Positions 47,701-55,983 are shown, counted from the first letter of the stretch. The stretch: DNA of 64,000 bases from a bacterium (GCA_030685015.1 JAUXWS010000087.1:97684-161683); one strand, 5' to 3'. The notes: generated from the letters alone by a model not told the origin. Made by a program: numbers and translations.

Positions 47701-49231
47701 AGAGCTCCAAGTTTCCGTGGACCTGAGCCAGAAGCTTGTCCATCTGGGCGTGGAAGGCTTCGAACTGAGCCGGGTCCGATTCCAGTGCCTTCAACTGCGC
47801 CAGCCCCGAATGGAAATCCGCCACGGCCTGGTTGGCTTTCGCCAGTTTCGCCGCGGCATCCTCGGCCGCCTGCTTGGCCGCCTTCCCAGCATCCTCGGCC
47901 TGCTTCAGCGCCGCCAGCTTGGCCGCATCCGTGGCGTGGTCGGTCTTGTAAAGGGCCGCCAGCAGCTCGTCCTTGGACTTCAGCGCGCCGATCTTGTACT
48001 GCTTGAACCAGGCGTCCAGCTCATTCATCGTGTGGCCGGAGAGCCACTCCTCGCTCTGCCCGGAGGCCTTCGACAGGAGCGAGATGCGCTCGGCCTTGGT
48101 GCGGCCGATGGACACGCCCTTCTCCTTGGCCACCTCGCGCAGCTGGGCGCTCGTGAGCTTCCCGTAGTCGCCGCTCTGGAGCGCCTCCTTCACCACGACC
48201 TGGCCCAGCGTGTCGCTAACGATCTTGGCCTCCAGGGTCGCCAGGTCGGTGATCTGGGAGAGATCGCCGGCGCCGGGCGTGTGCGTGCAGCGGCAGGCCG
48301 GGTGCAGGGGCTGGCTGGGCAGGCTGGTGAGCGGGTATTCCTTCCCGTCCAGGGGCTCGCACTCCGGGCACATGCGCTCGTCGCCTGCCGTCAGCCAGAA
48401 CACGGACTTGACGCCGAGCTTGGCTTCAAACTTCAGCGCGCCCTGGTTGTAGGCCCGCATCGTCTCGGATCTCGCGATCAGCTCGGCGCGCTGCTGCACG
48501 GTCTTGAAGACCGTCTTGCCCGCCTGGCGGAACTCGTCCGGGTTCTTCACGATCCCGCCGATGCGCCTCGCGATCTTCGCCGGGCCCTCACCCTGGGCGA
48601 TGCCCACTTGCACGGCACCCTTGATACCGGCGACGAGGTCGTCCGAGAGCTTGCCCAGGAGCTGCAGCTGGTAGCCGGAGAGGAAGTCGAAGGCGTCGGC
48701 CGGGAAAAGGGAGAAGGCCCCCTCCGCCAGCGCCTCGCGGCCGGCCTGGTCCAAGGCCTTGTATCCACCGGCCTTCAGGACGCCGAGCTTGGCAAGGGTG
48801 CCGCCGACTCCTGCCTTGGCCATCTCCTTGGTCATGCCCTGGTAGGCCATGGTCAGCTCCTGCTTCAGCTTGGCGCCCGTCGCTGCCAGATTCTTGTCCA
48901 GCGCTTTCAGCCGAGTGAGCTGGACGAGCTTCCCGCCCTGGCGGTCGGGCGCGAACTGGGTGAGGTCGCCCAGACCCAGGATCTCGGCCTTGACGGACTT
49001 GGCCGCCTGGTCCAGGTGCTTCAGGCTGGTGGTGAGGAGGTCGTCCGAGTAGGCGCCGGCCTTGGCCAGGCTTTCCGCCGTGGCCTTTTCGATGGCTTGC
49101 CGCTGGGTGGTGGCGTAGGCGTTCAGGGCCCGGCTGCCGCGCACCAGGAGGAGCGCTTCCGCCTGCAGGTGGAGCGCTCCCACCGGCAGCGGGGCATGCG
49201 GCCGGCCACACGTACAGGTGGCGCTGGGCAT
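44714..49231 (-). CDS. Giant head morphogenesis protein: Mu gpF/SPP1 gp7 domain fused to HeH motifs, a Pro/Ala linker, a kinase-like domain and a PARP-like ADP-ribosyltransferase-like C-terminal domain
   Basis: 1505-aa ORF directly after the portal gene (TGATG overlap). MuF signature ...RSETMRAYNQG...ERMCPECEPLDGKEY...HPACRCT at aa 250-317. See findings for the other domains. Confidence 0.75.
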   Translation of the reverse strand: MPSATCTCGRPHAPLPVGALHLQAEALLLVRGSRALNAYATTQRQAIEKATAESLAKAGAYSDDLLTTSLKHLDQAAKSVKAEILGLGDLTQFAPDRQGGKLVQLTRLKALDKNLAATGAKLKQELTMAYQGMTKEMAKAGVGGTLAKLGVLKAGGYKALDQAGREALAEGAFSLFPADAFDFLSGYQLQLLGKLSDDLVAGIKGAVQVGIAQGEGPAKIARRIGGIVKNPDEFRQAGKTVFKTVQQRAELIARSETMRAYNQGALKFEAKLGVKSVFWLTAGDERMCPECEPLDGKEYPLTSLPSQPLHPACRCTHTPGAGDLSQITDLATLEAKIVSDTLGQVVVKEALQSGDYGKLTSAQLREVAKEKGVSIGRTKAERISLLSKASGQSEEWLSGHTMNELDAWFKQYKIGALKSKDELLAALYKTDHATDAAKLAALKQAEDAGKAAKQAAEDAAAKLAKANQAVADFHSGLAQLKALESDPAQFEAFHAQMDKLLAQVHGNLELLGPQQAADLGGYLSKAQDVFAFKVELNSQSVLREVLKAAKVKNFQWFTKPESVAYLTQKPLQPKIAEQVAAKVAAAKDAAKLKKAVPVPAPPAPAVPKPAPVAPKSAPAPKAAPMPTAAPVPTPAASPAVQARQADEAWEALKAKNPFTFHSDASELGGVHTKYFYTDQAGDKWLFKPISEDFRAWGDEVAYLIQREIDPDAIEVRFIELKDMHGRMRMGSIQQMKQGLKKPANYKGIDVTTIDPQDLVQLQREHVADWLISNHDGHAEQFLRAQDGRVYGIDKGQLYKYFGKDKLSVDYAPNAGGRFDEPIYNKLLRAHRDGKLKLDLQATGVWVRRVQGISDAAYREMLMPYAGRRFASQPGALEDFLKAATLRKNTLQADFERFYSEIESARTGKPVVFRFGDAAPAPAAATPAAKETGEAWARGSRINLKAEVETIRESGWQGRSLAVDKGDIEDQNILVRQVFGMDGEKQTILQLRLRQEADKRLVKLLKANVVGEVPKELAVEDGFWDTILAAAKTVNTHVGDLNYNTTKLRAAEDLRPALQKLAKAGSAVEQSMAQQYLKTLDDIAHAVEASTAGTPTKLPLVKQYAPSAAELKALQKGVGAPAKGKGLRVTASPRWTEDRVVSKGHELVVEAEHVPLSRFHSSIMDNLVEYHVDLGDGVEAVYKPFQGTGKSVGKSYAMHGRMTVKVREGVSESVVARAMERLKVLGLDTAPSTPWDEELMYLQKVAFVAKIDDSPAFLAAAEEAKKASTESAVRIWREVWSRHLGVKDVTKLPDYNPMGTHQAAVATGKGGTAGMRVQVRFDVSRETLEREMEGYVLMHGMTKGSVEDFLEAVLPTNQSFIPTAERFSTGVPIGGMSPSQDMNSGGASYFFTRIMRSTNTQANTIRFKPDLLRRADAISYNSDHYGKVVGNFVRENRISDLETLKKMPHYCGNETIIKGAVPLLENMDSIVVGDAGRRVKVIALFKKHGITVLPDGRRIEDVVFAR

Positions 49232-50745
49232 CAGGCGGCCTGGGCGGCTTCAGCCTTGGCGAGGCTCTCCTGCACCAGGATCTGGGCGCGCTGCAGGAGC
49301 AGCTGGTCCACCTGGTCGTAGAGGGCCGCCACGTCGCCCGTCTGGCCGTCCGGCGCGCCCTCCGTGGGCTTGGCGTCCGGCGCGCCCTTCAGCCGCTCGG
49401 CCAGGTTGAGCAGGTAGAAGACCTGGTCGTTCTGCAGCATGCCTTGCTGGGCCAGGCCCACGATGTCGCCAGGGGACAGTGGCGCGATCACCTGCTTCGT
49501 CTCGCGCTTGGTCTGGGCCTGCTCGATGTCGGGCGAGAGGCCCATCATCGCCTGCAGGCTGCGCACGCTGATCAGGCCGCGGTCGTAGAGGTCCACCAGC
49601 ACCTTGCGCTGGTCGGCGCCGGCCGAGAGGTCGATCTCGGGGAAGGCGATGTGCAGGGTCTCGCCCTCTTTCCCGCGCATGGCCAGCCAGTCATCCAGCA
49701 CCCACTGCAGCATCTCGCGCGCCGTGTCGCGCAGGTCCGCCAGCATGAGCTGGATCTTGGCGAAGCCCAGGCTGGCGGTTGAAAAGTTCGCTCCATCCCC
49801 GGAGACTAGGGCGCGCGTGAACCCCATGGCGACGATGACGTCGCTCTTGGCCTCCTTCACCTTTTCCTCGGTCTTGAGCGTCTCGCCCTCGGCGCCGTAG
49901 GTGTCGATGGTCACGTAGAAGGGCACGACCGCGCCCTGGCGGGCCGTCATGGCGTCGAAGATCTTCTTGATGTCCTTCAGCATGGAAGGCTTGGGCATGA
50001 CGACGGTCTTGCCGAACTGGCCGCCCACCTTGATCAGCCGCACAGGCATGGCCCATCGCTTGGCGATGGCGCGCTCGGCACGCCGGTAGTCGCGCAGGAG
50101 CTCGATGGACTCGAAGGCCGGCAGCACCATGCTGGTGCCGTGGTCGGCGAAGTCCGGCGCGTCCCACATCCAGCGCCGGAACTGGGGCAGGGCCACGTCC
50201 TGATGGCCTGTGGGGTTGCCCGAGGTGTCCAGCGTGAAGGAGCGCACCTTCACCACGGTGCCGTCCTGGACCGTCGTCTCCAGGAGGAGCGGGTTCAGGG
50301 CCTTCACCTTCCTAAAGTCCTGGTAGAGCGGCGCGCCGTCCTGGGTCGTGTCCTTCTTCTCGCCGCCGTAGACCTTGAACGCCGCCGCTTCACCCTTGGT
50401 CAAGAGCTGCAAGAGCTGGTCCTTCAACCAGCGCTTCAGGCAGAGGCGCTTCTTCAGCTCGTCGACCGCCTTCTGCAGCTCGTCACTGGACGCCAGGACG
50501 GTGAAGTCCTCACCCACCGCCAGCGTGCGCCAGGCATTGATGCAGTTGTTGACGATGGGTTCCTGCTGGTAGTACTCCCAGGCCTTGGCGCCCCGGTCCG
50601 CCCAGGCCTGGGCGATGCCGTCGTTCTCCGTCTCGCTGGCGAAGGGGTCCAGCGTGGCGGCCTGGGCCTGCATCTCATCGCCCACCAGCAGCACGCCGCC
50701 CGCGCGCGGCGCGCGGTTGAAGATCCCGGATCCAAGCAGGTTCAT
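49231..50745 (-). CDS. Portal protein
   Basis: 504 aa, between the large terminase and the MuF-like gene. The acidic C-terminus is typical of portals. Confidence 0.75.
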   Translation of the reverse strand: MNLLGSGIFNRAPRAGGVLLVGDEMQAQAATLDPFASETENDGIAQAWADRGAKAWEYYQQEPIVNNCINAWRTLAVGEDFTVLASSDELQKAVDELKKRLCLKRWLKDQLLQLLTKGEAAAFKVYGGEKKDTTQDGAPLYQDFRKVKALNPLLLETTVQDGTVVKVRSFTLDTSGNPTGHQDVALPQFRRWMWDAPDFADHGTSMVLPAFESIELLRDYRRAERAIAKRWAMPVRLIKVGGQFGKTVVMPKPSMLKDIKKIFDAMTARQGAVVPFYVTIDTYGAEGETLKTEEKVKEAKSDVIVAMGFTRALVSGDGANFSTASLGFAKIQLMLADLRDTAREMLQWVLDDWLAMRGKEGETLHIAFPEIDLSAGADQRKVLVDLYDRGLISVRSLQAMMGLSPDIEQAQTKRETKQVIAPLSPGDIVGLAQQGMLQNDQVFYLLNLAERLKGAPDAKPTEGAPDGQTGDVAALYDQVDQLLLQRAQILVQESLAKAEAAQAA

Positions 50746-50757
50746 GGTTCCCCCTCG

Positions 50758-52344
50758 CTACTCGAACACGCTGTCCGTCAGCAGGGGCATGACGAACTCC
50801 GCGTCCAGGCTACCCCCCTCGTCCGTGAGCTGCTTCAGGTGCTCGCGCTCCTTGCGCAAGACGGCCGTGCGCGTGGAGTCGATGATGTGGTCGTTGCCCT
50901 TGGAGTAGATCAGGCGGCCCATCTGCGTCTGGCTGTAGGTGTGCGTGCAGAACTGGTCCTCCCAGTCGAGGTCCACGTCGCCGGCGGGAAAGAGCAGGGT
51001 GCGCGCCGCCAGGCGGCCGTTGATCAGGCTGGTCATGTATTCCTTGATGCGCTGGACCTTGGGCCGGCCCTGCGGATCGTAGGACGTGGTCAGGCTGCCG
51101 CCGAAGTCGTAGGTCTCCAGCCGGAAGGCGAACTGGTGGCCCTCGTAGCGGTCCTCGGTGGTGAGGATGTGCTCGACGGCCAGGCCATTGGACCCGGCGT
51201 CGAAGCCCAGGCCGGCGAAGTCGAAGTGGTCGTCAAGGATGGCGATGATCGCCGCCTGGAAGGTGTAGGGCATATGCTCGTTGTGGACGCGCAAGACAGG
51301 CACCAGGCGCCCGCGTTCGTCCTCCAGCCAGACCGTCAGCTCGCTGGGGTCGTTGGTGTAGCCCAGGTCGCCGCCCATCCAATACGTGCCACGCGCCTCG
51401 TCCTGCAAATCAAGCAGAGATTCCAGCCGGCTGAAGGCCTCGTCCACCGAGTGGATGGCGCTGAATTCCTCACCGTCGATCCGCACCACGCGGTAGACCT
51501 TTTCCAGCTTCCGCTGGCAATCCCGGAACTGACGCACGTTGAAGGCCGAATATGACGGCGCGCCATGCTCGCCGGCCACCTCGTGCTGGAAGCCCGCCGT
51601 GTCCTTCCCGCCGTAGAACTTGGCCTCGCCCTCGGTGTCGGCCTGGCACCAACCCGGCACGATCCAGCTCGGCCACTTGTAGATCCTCCAGCCGCTGGCC
51701 GGCTGGGTGATGCGGTAGTAGGTCGTGTTCCTCAGGCCGTTGGGGTTGGAGTAGCAGCGCATCTGGCCGCCGCGGTTGAGCACTCTTCGGAGTGCGCGCC
51801 AAGCGGGCTCGGGGTACCAGGCGGCCTCGTCCACCAGCACGCGGTCGCAGTGCAGGGAGCGCACGCTCTTGCCCGTCGGGCCCGCCGGCCGGAAATAGAT
51901 GATCGTGCCGTTCTTCCACGTGATCTGGTAGTAGGGCTTGCGCGTGATGCGGTGCCGGCCGTTCGCATCGACGGCCACCATCTCCAGCAGGAACTCGCTG
52001 TTCTGCAGGTGGGCCTCGACCTCCTCGATGATCTTGTTCACATGGCCGTCGTTGGGCGCTGTCACCAGCATGCGCCCGTTCCGGGCGGTCACGCCGTAGT
52101 GCAGGACCTGCACGACGATGTCCACGGTCTTGCCCACCGCACGCCCATCCTGGTGGGCGATCTGCAGGGCGGAATCCCGCACGTCCTCCACCTGGTGCGG
52201 CCAGAGGGCCATGGGCCGCCCCGACTCCGGGCCGTCGAGCTGGGAGAGGAAGCCGGCGGAAAAGGCGACCGGGTCCAGCAGCACCTGAACGAAGGAGATC
52301 TCGTCCTGGGAGAGCTTGGCCGGATGAGGTTTACGAATCGTCAT
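50758..52344 (-). CDS. Terminase large subunit
   Basis: Walker A-like QDGRAVGKT, Walker B RVLVDEAAW and a C-terminal nuclease-type region. 528 aa. It is the first gene of the late operon. Confidence 0.85.
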   Translation of the reverse strand: MTIRKPHPAKLSQDEISFVQVLLDPVAFSAGFLSQLDGPESGRPMALWPHQVEDVRDSALQIAHQDGRAVGKTVDIVVQVLHYGVTARNGRMLVTAPNDGHVNKIIEEVEAHLQNSEFLLEMVAVDANGRHRITRKPYYQITWKNGTIIYFRPAGPTGKSVRSLHCDRVLVDEAAWYPEPAWRALRRVLNRGGQMRCYSNPNGLRNTTYYRITQPASGWRIYKWPSWIVPGWCQADTEGEAKFYGGKDTAGFQHEVAGEHGAPSYSAFNVRQFRDCQRKLEKVYRVVRIDGEEFSAIHSVDEAFSRLESLLDLQDEARGTYWMGGDLGYTNDPSELTVWLEDERGRLVPVLRVHNEHMPYTFQAAIIAILDDHFDFAGLGFDAGSNGLAVEHILTTEDRYEGHQFAFRLETYDFGGSLTTSYDPQGRPKVQRIKEYMTSLINGRLAARTLLFPAGDVDLDWEDQFCTHTYSQTQMGRLIYSKGNDHIIDSTRTAVLRKEREHLKQLTDEGGSLDAEFVMPLLTDSVFE

Positions 52345-52461
52345 CTATCTGATTCTCAAGGTGTTCCGACTTGACTTCCGGGAGGGCCTTGTGCAGACTG
52401 ATGTCCGAGAATGAACGGGCGAGCTTATCCCCGCCAGTCACACCCCAGCGCGAGAGGACCC

Positions 52462-53304
52462 ATGCGGTCACAGATCCCAGCCTTTGCCGAACACCTGGCG
52501 GCCCGGCAGCTTGCCCTTGGCACTATCACGCCCTACCTGTCCGAGCTGCGCCGCTTTGCCGCCTTCCTGGAAGCGGAGGGCGTTGCCTTCGATGGACTTT
52601 CCATCACGCAGGCCACACGCTACTTCGTCCGAGAGGGAAGGTCAAGTCTGACCACGCGCCGGGCCCTGACCATCCTGAACCAGTTCCTGACCTGGGCCAA
52701 GCACCCACTGGCGCCTGAGCTCGGCGCCATCCGCCTGCCCCGCGCGCACCAAGCTGCCCCCGACTACCTGAGCGAGGTCGAGGAGAAGGCGCTGCGCAAG
52801 GCCCTGAAGGCGCGCACGGACGTCCGAGACCAGCCCCGGGACCGGGCGCTCTTCTGCCTGCTGCTGGACACGGGGATTCGCATCTCCGAAGCCGCTGGGC
52901 TGACCGTGGGCGACGTGGAGCTGGATGAGAAGACGATCCGGCTGGTCACCAAGGGCGACAAGCGCCGCGTGCGCTTCCTACCCGTGGAGACGCGAGACCT
53001 GCTACGGCCGCTGATGGCCGGCCAGCCGGCGGAGAGCGCCGTGTTTCGCACCCGGACCGGGCGCGCCGTCAGCGATCGGCACATCCGCCGCCTGCTCGAC
53101 TCCTGGGCCAAGGCCGCCGGGATCGAGCGGTTCATCCATCCGCACGCCCTCCGGCACACCTTCGCCACCAGCCTGCTGAAGAAGACCGGCAACCTGCGCC
53201 TGGTCCAGCTCGCCCTGGACCACGAGAGCCCCAAGACGACGGCCATCTACGCCCACGTGGCCGACGAGGAACTTCGGGCCGCCATCGAAGGTCGATGCAA
53301 GTGA
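52462..53304 (+). CDS. Tyrosine recombinase/integrase, XerC/XerD-like
   Basis: ATG preceded by AGAGGA. It has an N-terminal SAM-like domain, and catalytic residues in ...RDRALFCLLLDTGIRISE..., HPHALRHTFAT and TAIYAHV. Confidence 0.85.
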   Translation: MRSQIPAFAEHLAARQLALGTITPYLSELRRFAAFLEAEGVAFDGLSITQATRYFVREGRSSLTTRRALTILNQFLTWAKHPLAPELGAIRLPRAHQAAPDYLSEVEEKALRKALKARTDVRDQPRDRALFCLLLDTGIRISEAAGLTVGDVELDEKTIRLVTKGDKRRVRFLPVETRDLLRPLMAGQPAESAVFRTRTGRAVSDRHIRRLLDSWAKAAGIERFIHPHALRHTFATSLLKKTGNLRLVQLALDHESPKTTAIYAHVADEELRAAIEGRCK

Positions 53305-53497
53305 GGCTTCGTGGTGCGGATTGGATGGAGGCAAGCACCTGCCAAAATCCCAACAATACAGGGTTTAATGATGGCAGTTGGTGTTCGGTGTGTGTATGCG
53401 TTTTAGGAGCAAATCATAGTCAATTCAATCCCGGTCACTGGATTGTGATGCTAACCAAATTTCGCCACCTTATACCCAACAAACAGAAAGAAGGTCG

Positions 53498-53893
53498 ATG
53501 GCAACGGAAACTCAAACAGCAGCATGGACCGAACTCAGTCCGACACCAGCGGCCGCTGCGATGCGCCGGCTTAGGGCCCAGCGCCGACAGGCCCGCATCG
53601 GTTCTGGCCAAAGCTTGCAGCAGGTTCGCATCGAAACCAGCCACTACCTTCACCACACCACGCGCATCGAAGAGCGGGGCTCCGGCAAGGTCTGGGTCCG
53701 CCACTCCTGGGAAGGGCGCGTGCAGGTGAAAGGTCACAACCACGTCATCACGCGCAGCGTGGCCAAGTACGGCGCCCGCAAGGCCTACCTGCAGTGCCTC
53801 AATCAAGTAGGCGAGTGGCTCCTCCTACTCTACCCTGCTGATTGGGTGGAGGTCAAGCTGCAGACGCTTGTGGACAAAGCGCCCGAAGCGTAG
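53498..53893 (+). CDS. Small protein, possible AP2/integrase-type DNA-binding fold
   Basis: 131 aa. GKVWVRHSWEGRVQVKGHNHVITRSVAKYGARKAYLQ resembles an AP2-like three-strand plus helix unit. This is a weak call. Confidence 0.35.
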   Translation: MATETQTAAWTELSPTPAAAAMRRLRAQRRQARIGSGQSLQQVRIETSHYLHHTTRIEERGSGKVWVRHSWEGRVQVKGHNHVITRSVAKYGARKAYLQCLNQVGEWLLLLYPADWVEVKLQTLVDKAPEA

Positions 53894-53920
53894 ACCCCTA
53901 AACAACTCAGATTTCCAATT

Positions 53921-53947
53921 ATCGCCCCGAAAGGGGCGATTTCTCTC
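53921..53947 (+). terminator. Rho-independent terminator (GAAA tetraloop)
   Basis: ATCGCCCC-GAAA-GGGGCGAT followed by TTCTCTC. Confidence 0.55.
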
Positions 53948-53994
53948 ACTGTCCAATCAATCAGCACCAAGACAATGTTTCAGCAATAAAACCT

Positions 53995-54072
53995 GATTAA
54001 TATTTCTCTATTCAACTTGACTTATAAAAGTGTCTCTGCGTAGTTATGCCCACCAAACGAGGAGACGGACCG
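53995..54072 (+). promoter_or_regulatory. Promoter/leader cassette copy A
   Basis: cTTGACT (54017-54022), 18 nt, TAGTTAT (54041-54047), then GCCCACCAAACGAGGAGACGGACCG-ATG. Confidence 0.5.
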
Positions 54073-54477
54073 ATGACGAAGATGACGCGCAAAGGCCTGA
54101 TTAACATGCTGGGCGAAGACGAAGCCGCTTTCATGCAACTCTTGAAGACCAAGCTGATCCAGCTTATGGCAACCGACAACTTGGACACGGTCCAGCTTGC
54201 CCGCGACGAGATGGCCAACCGAGGCTTGGGCACGAACGGAGAGTGGATTGGCTTTCCGGCAGCCAAAAAGCTCTGGCAAGCGCCGGCTGCTGCCGCCCAG
54301 CCGGGCGCCGACGATGCGACGATCGACGCTGGCCTTGCCGCCCTGGCCAACATCCACTGCGGGTTCGAGACCCTGGAAGCCCGCAACATGGACGCTCTGG
54401 ACTTCCACGAGGTCTGCGTCCTAAGCCTGAAGGACGCCCTGCGCGCCGCCTTTGAGCTGGGCCGGGCAAGCAAGTAA
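54073..54477 (+). CDS. Early-region protein, unknown function
   Basis: The start was set by the conserved GGAGAC leader. 134 aa. Confidence 0.5.
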   Translation: MTKMTRKGLINMLGEDEAAFMQLLKTKLIQLMATDNLDTVQLARDEMANRGLGTNGEWIGFPAAKKLWQAPAAAAQPGADDATIDAGLAALANIHCGFETLEARNMDALDFHEVCVLSLKDALRAAFELGRASK

Positions 54478-54500
54478 CCCACACGAGAGGAGACACGGAC

Positions 54501-54815
54501 ATGCTGCTCAACGACCTGATTGCCAAGCTGGAAGAGCTGGCCCAGGACCACCCGGACGCAGAGGTCAGACTCCTGACTCAATCTCAATGGCCTTTTCAGA
54601 ATTGCCTGCTTGGCATCACCACCCAAAGCGCCATTGCCGACGAAGTGGATCAGCAAGAGGCCGAACGGCTTCTGGAGCGGGGTGTCGAACTGGAAGACGA
54701 GGACGAGGTCGGCCCGCGCAAGGACGCCAACCCTGGACCCGAGATCATCTACCTGGTCGAGGGCAGCCAGCTCGGCTACGGCAGCAAGGCCGCCTGGGAT
54801 GTCTGCGAACGCTGA
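54501..54815 (+). CDS. Early-region acidic protein, unknown function
   Basis: 104-aa ORF preceded by GAGAGGAGAC. Confidence 0.5.
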   Translation: MLLNDLIAKLEELAQDHPDAEVRLLTQSQWPFQNCLLGITTQSAIADEVDQQEAERLLERGVELEDEDEVGPRKDANPGPEIIYLVEGSQLGYGSKAAWDVCER

Positions 54816-54897
54816 AACGTGCCGATGGAAAACTGATACACCGATCACACGCCCGGGCCGGCAGGATTCTGCCCAGGCAACACCAAGGAGACGACCA

Positions 54898-55173
54898 ATG
54901 GCAAAGCAGAACTGGGACGTGAAGGCCTTCGTGGCCGGGCAAGTGGCGCTGGGACGCGAGACCCTGGGTGGCGCCCGCAAGCGGCTGGGCCGCGTGGATG
55001 TCCAGCTCCAGCAGGCCTTCCTGCAGCTGGGGCAGGATGCGCAGCTTCAGGCGGAGATGGCCACGGTGATGGGCCGCATGCAGGCCCTAAAGGAAAGCGT
55101 CGAGCAGGTGGCGGAGCGGCTGGACGCGCTTGCACCGAAGGAGACCCTGGCTGCCCAGGAGGCCCAGGTCTGA
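54898..55173 (+). CDS. Early-region coiled-coil protein, unknown function
   Basis: The start MAKQNWD is preceded by AAGGAGACGACC. 91 aa. Confidence 0.45.
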   Translation: MAKQNWDVKAFVAGQVALGRETLGGARKRLGRVDVQLQQAFLQLGQDAQLQAEMATVMGRMQALKESVEQVAERLDALAPKETLAAQEAQV

Positions 55174-55197
55174 CGGCCCACTGGCATTCCCACTCTT

Positions 55198-55221
55198 ACG
55201 GGCCATTCGTGGCCCGTTTTA
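55198..55221 (+). terminator. Rho-independent terminator
   Basis: ACGGGCCA-TTCG-TGGCCCGT followed by TTTTATGTT. Confidence 0.55.
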
Positions 55222-55249
55222 TGTTCAACCATTATTAGTAGTCCAGAAC

Positions 55250-55332
55250 TAAAGTCCGAAGATTTCTCACGATTATGTTGACTTAGTTAAGTGGCGATGC
55301 GTAGTTACGCCCAACAAAAAAGGAGAGACACC
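55250..55332 (+). promoter_or_regulatory. Promoter/leader cassette copy B
   Basis: AAAGTCCGAAGATTTCTCA, then TTGACT (55278-55283), 18 nt, TAGTTAC (55302-55308), then GCCCAACAAAAAAGGAGAGACACC-ATG. Confidence 0.5.
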
Positions 55333-55809
55333 ATGTCAAGCATCGAATCGGCAGTCACCAAACGCATCGCACGGACTTGGATGGTGGGTTACGACACTAC
55401 GGAGCGCGCGGACTTGGCTGCCCTGGGTGACGGGCAGCTTTCTAACGCCTACCGCCGCTTCCATGGCGCACTGAACAATAGGACGGAGCAGGAGAAGACC
55501 GAAATCGCCGCCCTCTACGCCGAGCTCATGCGTCGGCACTACCGGCGCCAAGCCGCCGTGGAGGAGCAGGCCCGGCAGGCCTGGGCCATGGTCGAAGCCG
55601 CTGGAGTCTGGCCGAACAGCACCAAGCGCGTGCCGCAGGTCGGGGCCAGGGTTTGGAAGGTGTTCCCCGCCCTGTTCGGCATGGCCCTACGGGTCAATGG
55701 CCGGGTCTTTCGGGCCAAAGTTGGGCTCCGGGTCCGGCTGGACGCCGGGCAGCCCATCGCCGGCGCCAAAACGGTCGACCTGGACAGCGGATGGCGGATC
55801 GCAGAATAG
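55333..55809 (+). CDS. Early-region protein, unknown function
   Basis: 158 aa. The start was set by the conserved leader. Confidence 0.5.
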   Translation: MSSIESAVTKRIARTWMVGYDTTERADLAALGDGQLSNAYRRFHGALNNRTEQEKTEIAALYAELMRRHYRRQAAVEEQARQAWAMVEAAGVWPNSTKRVPQVGARVWKVFPALFGMALRVNGRVFRAKVGLRVRLDAGQPIAGAKTVDLDSGWRIAE

Positions 55810-55830
55810 CCTTAACGCCAGCCTCAGCAA

Positions 55831-55855
55831 AGCGCCCCGAAAGGAGCGTTTTCTG
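55831..55855 (+). terminator. Rho-independent terminator (GAAA tetraloop)
   Basis: AGCGCCCC-GAAA-GGAGCGTT followed by TTCTGCTTT. Confidence 0.5.
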
Positions 55856-55857
55856 CT

Positions 55858-55983
55858 TTACTGGACTAGCGATCCATTTGACTGCTTGTGGCATGTAAAA
55901 TAGTCCGAAGATTTCTCATATATAACTTGCTTTCGCAAAGTGTCACTGCGTAGTTATGACCAACACAAAGGGAGACGGACACT
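55858..55983 (+). promoter_or_regulatory. Promoter/leader cassette copy C (long form)
   Basis: TTTGACTGCTT...TAAAATAGTCCGAAGATTTCTCA, then cTTGCTT (55927-55932), 18 nt, TAGTTAT (55951-55957), then GACCAACACAAAGGGAGACGGACACT-ATG. Confidence 0.5.

Noticed and set aside
52371-52718. ORF 52371-52718 (+) and the 52411 start for the integrase
   Set aside because: The ATG at 52462 has a proper AGAGGA Shine-Dalgarno sequence, and the recombinase homology begins right after it. The upstream codons are probably untranslated leader.
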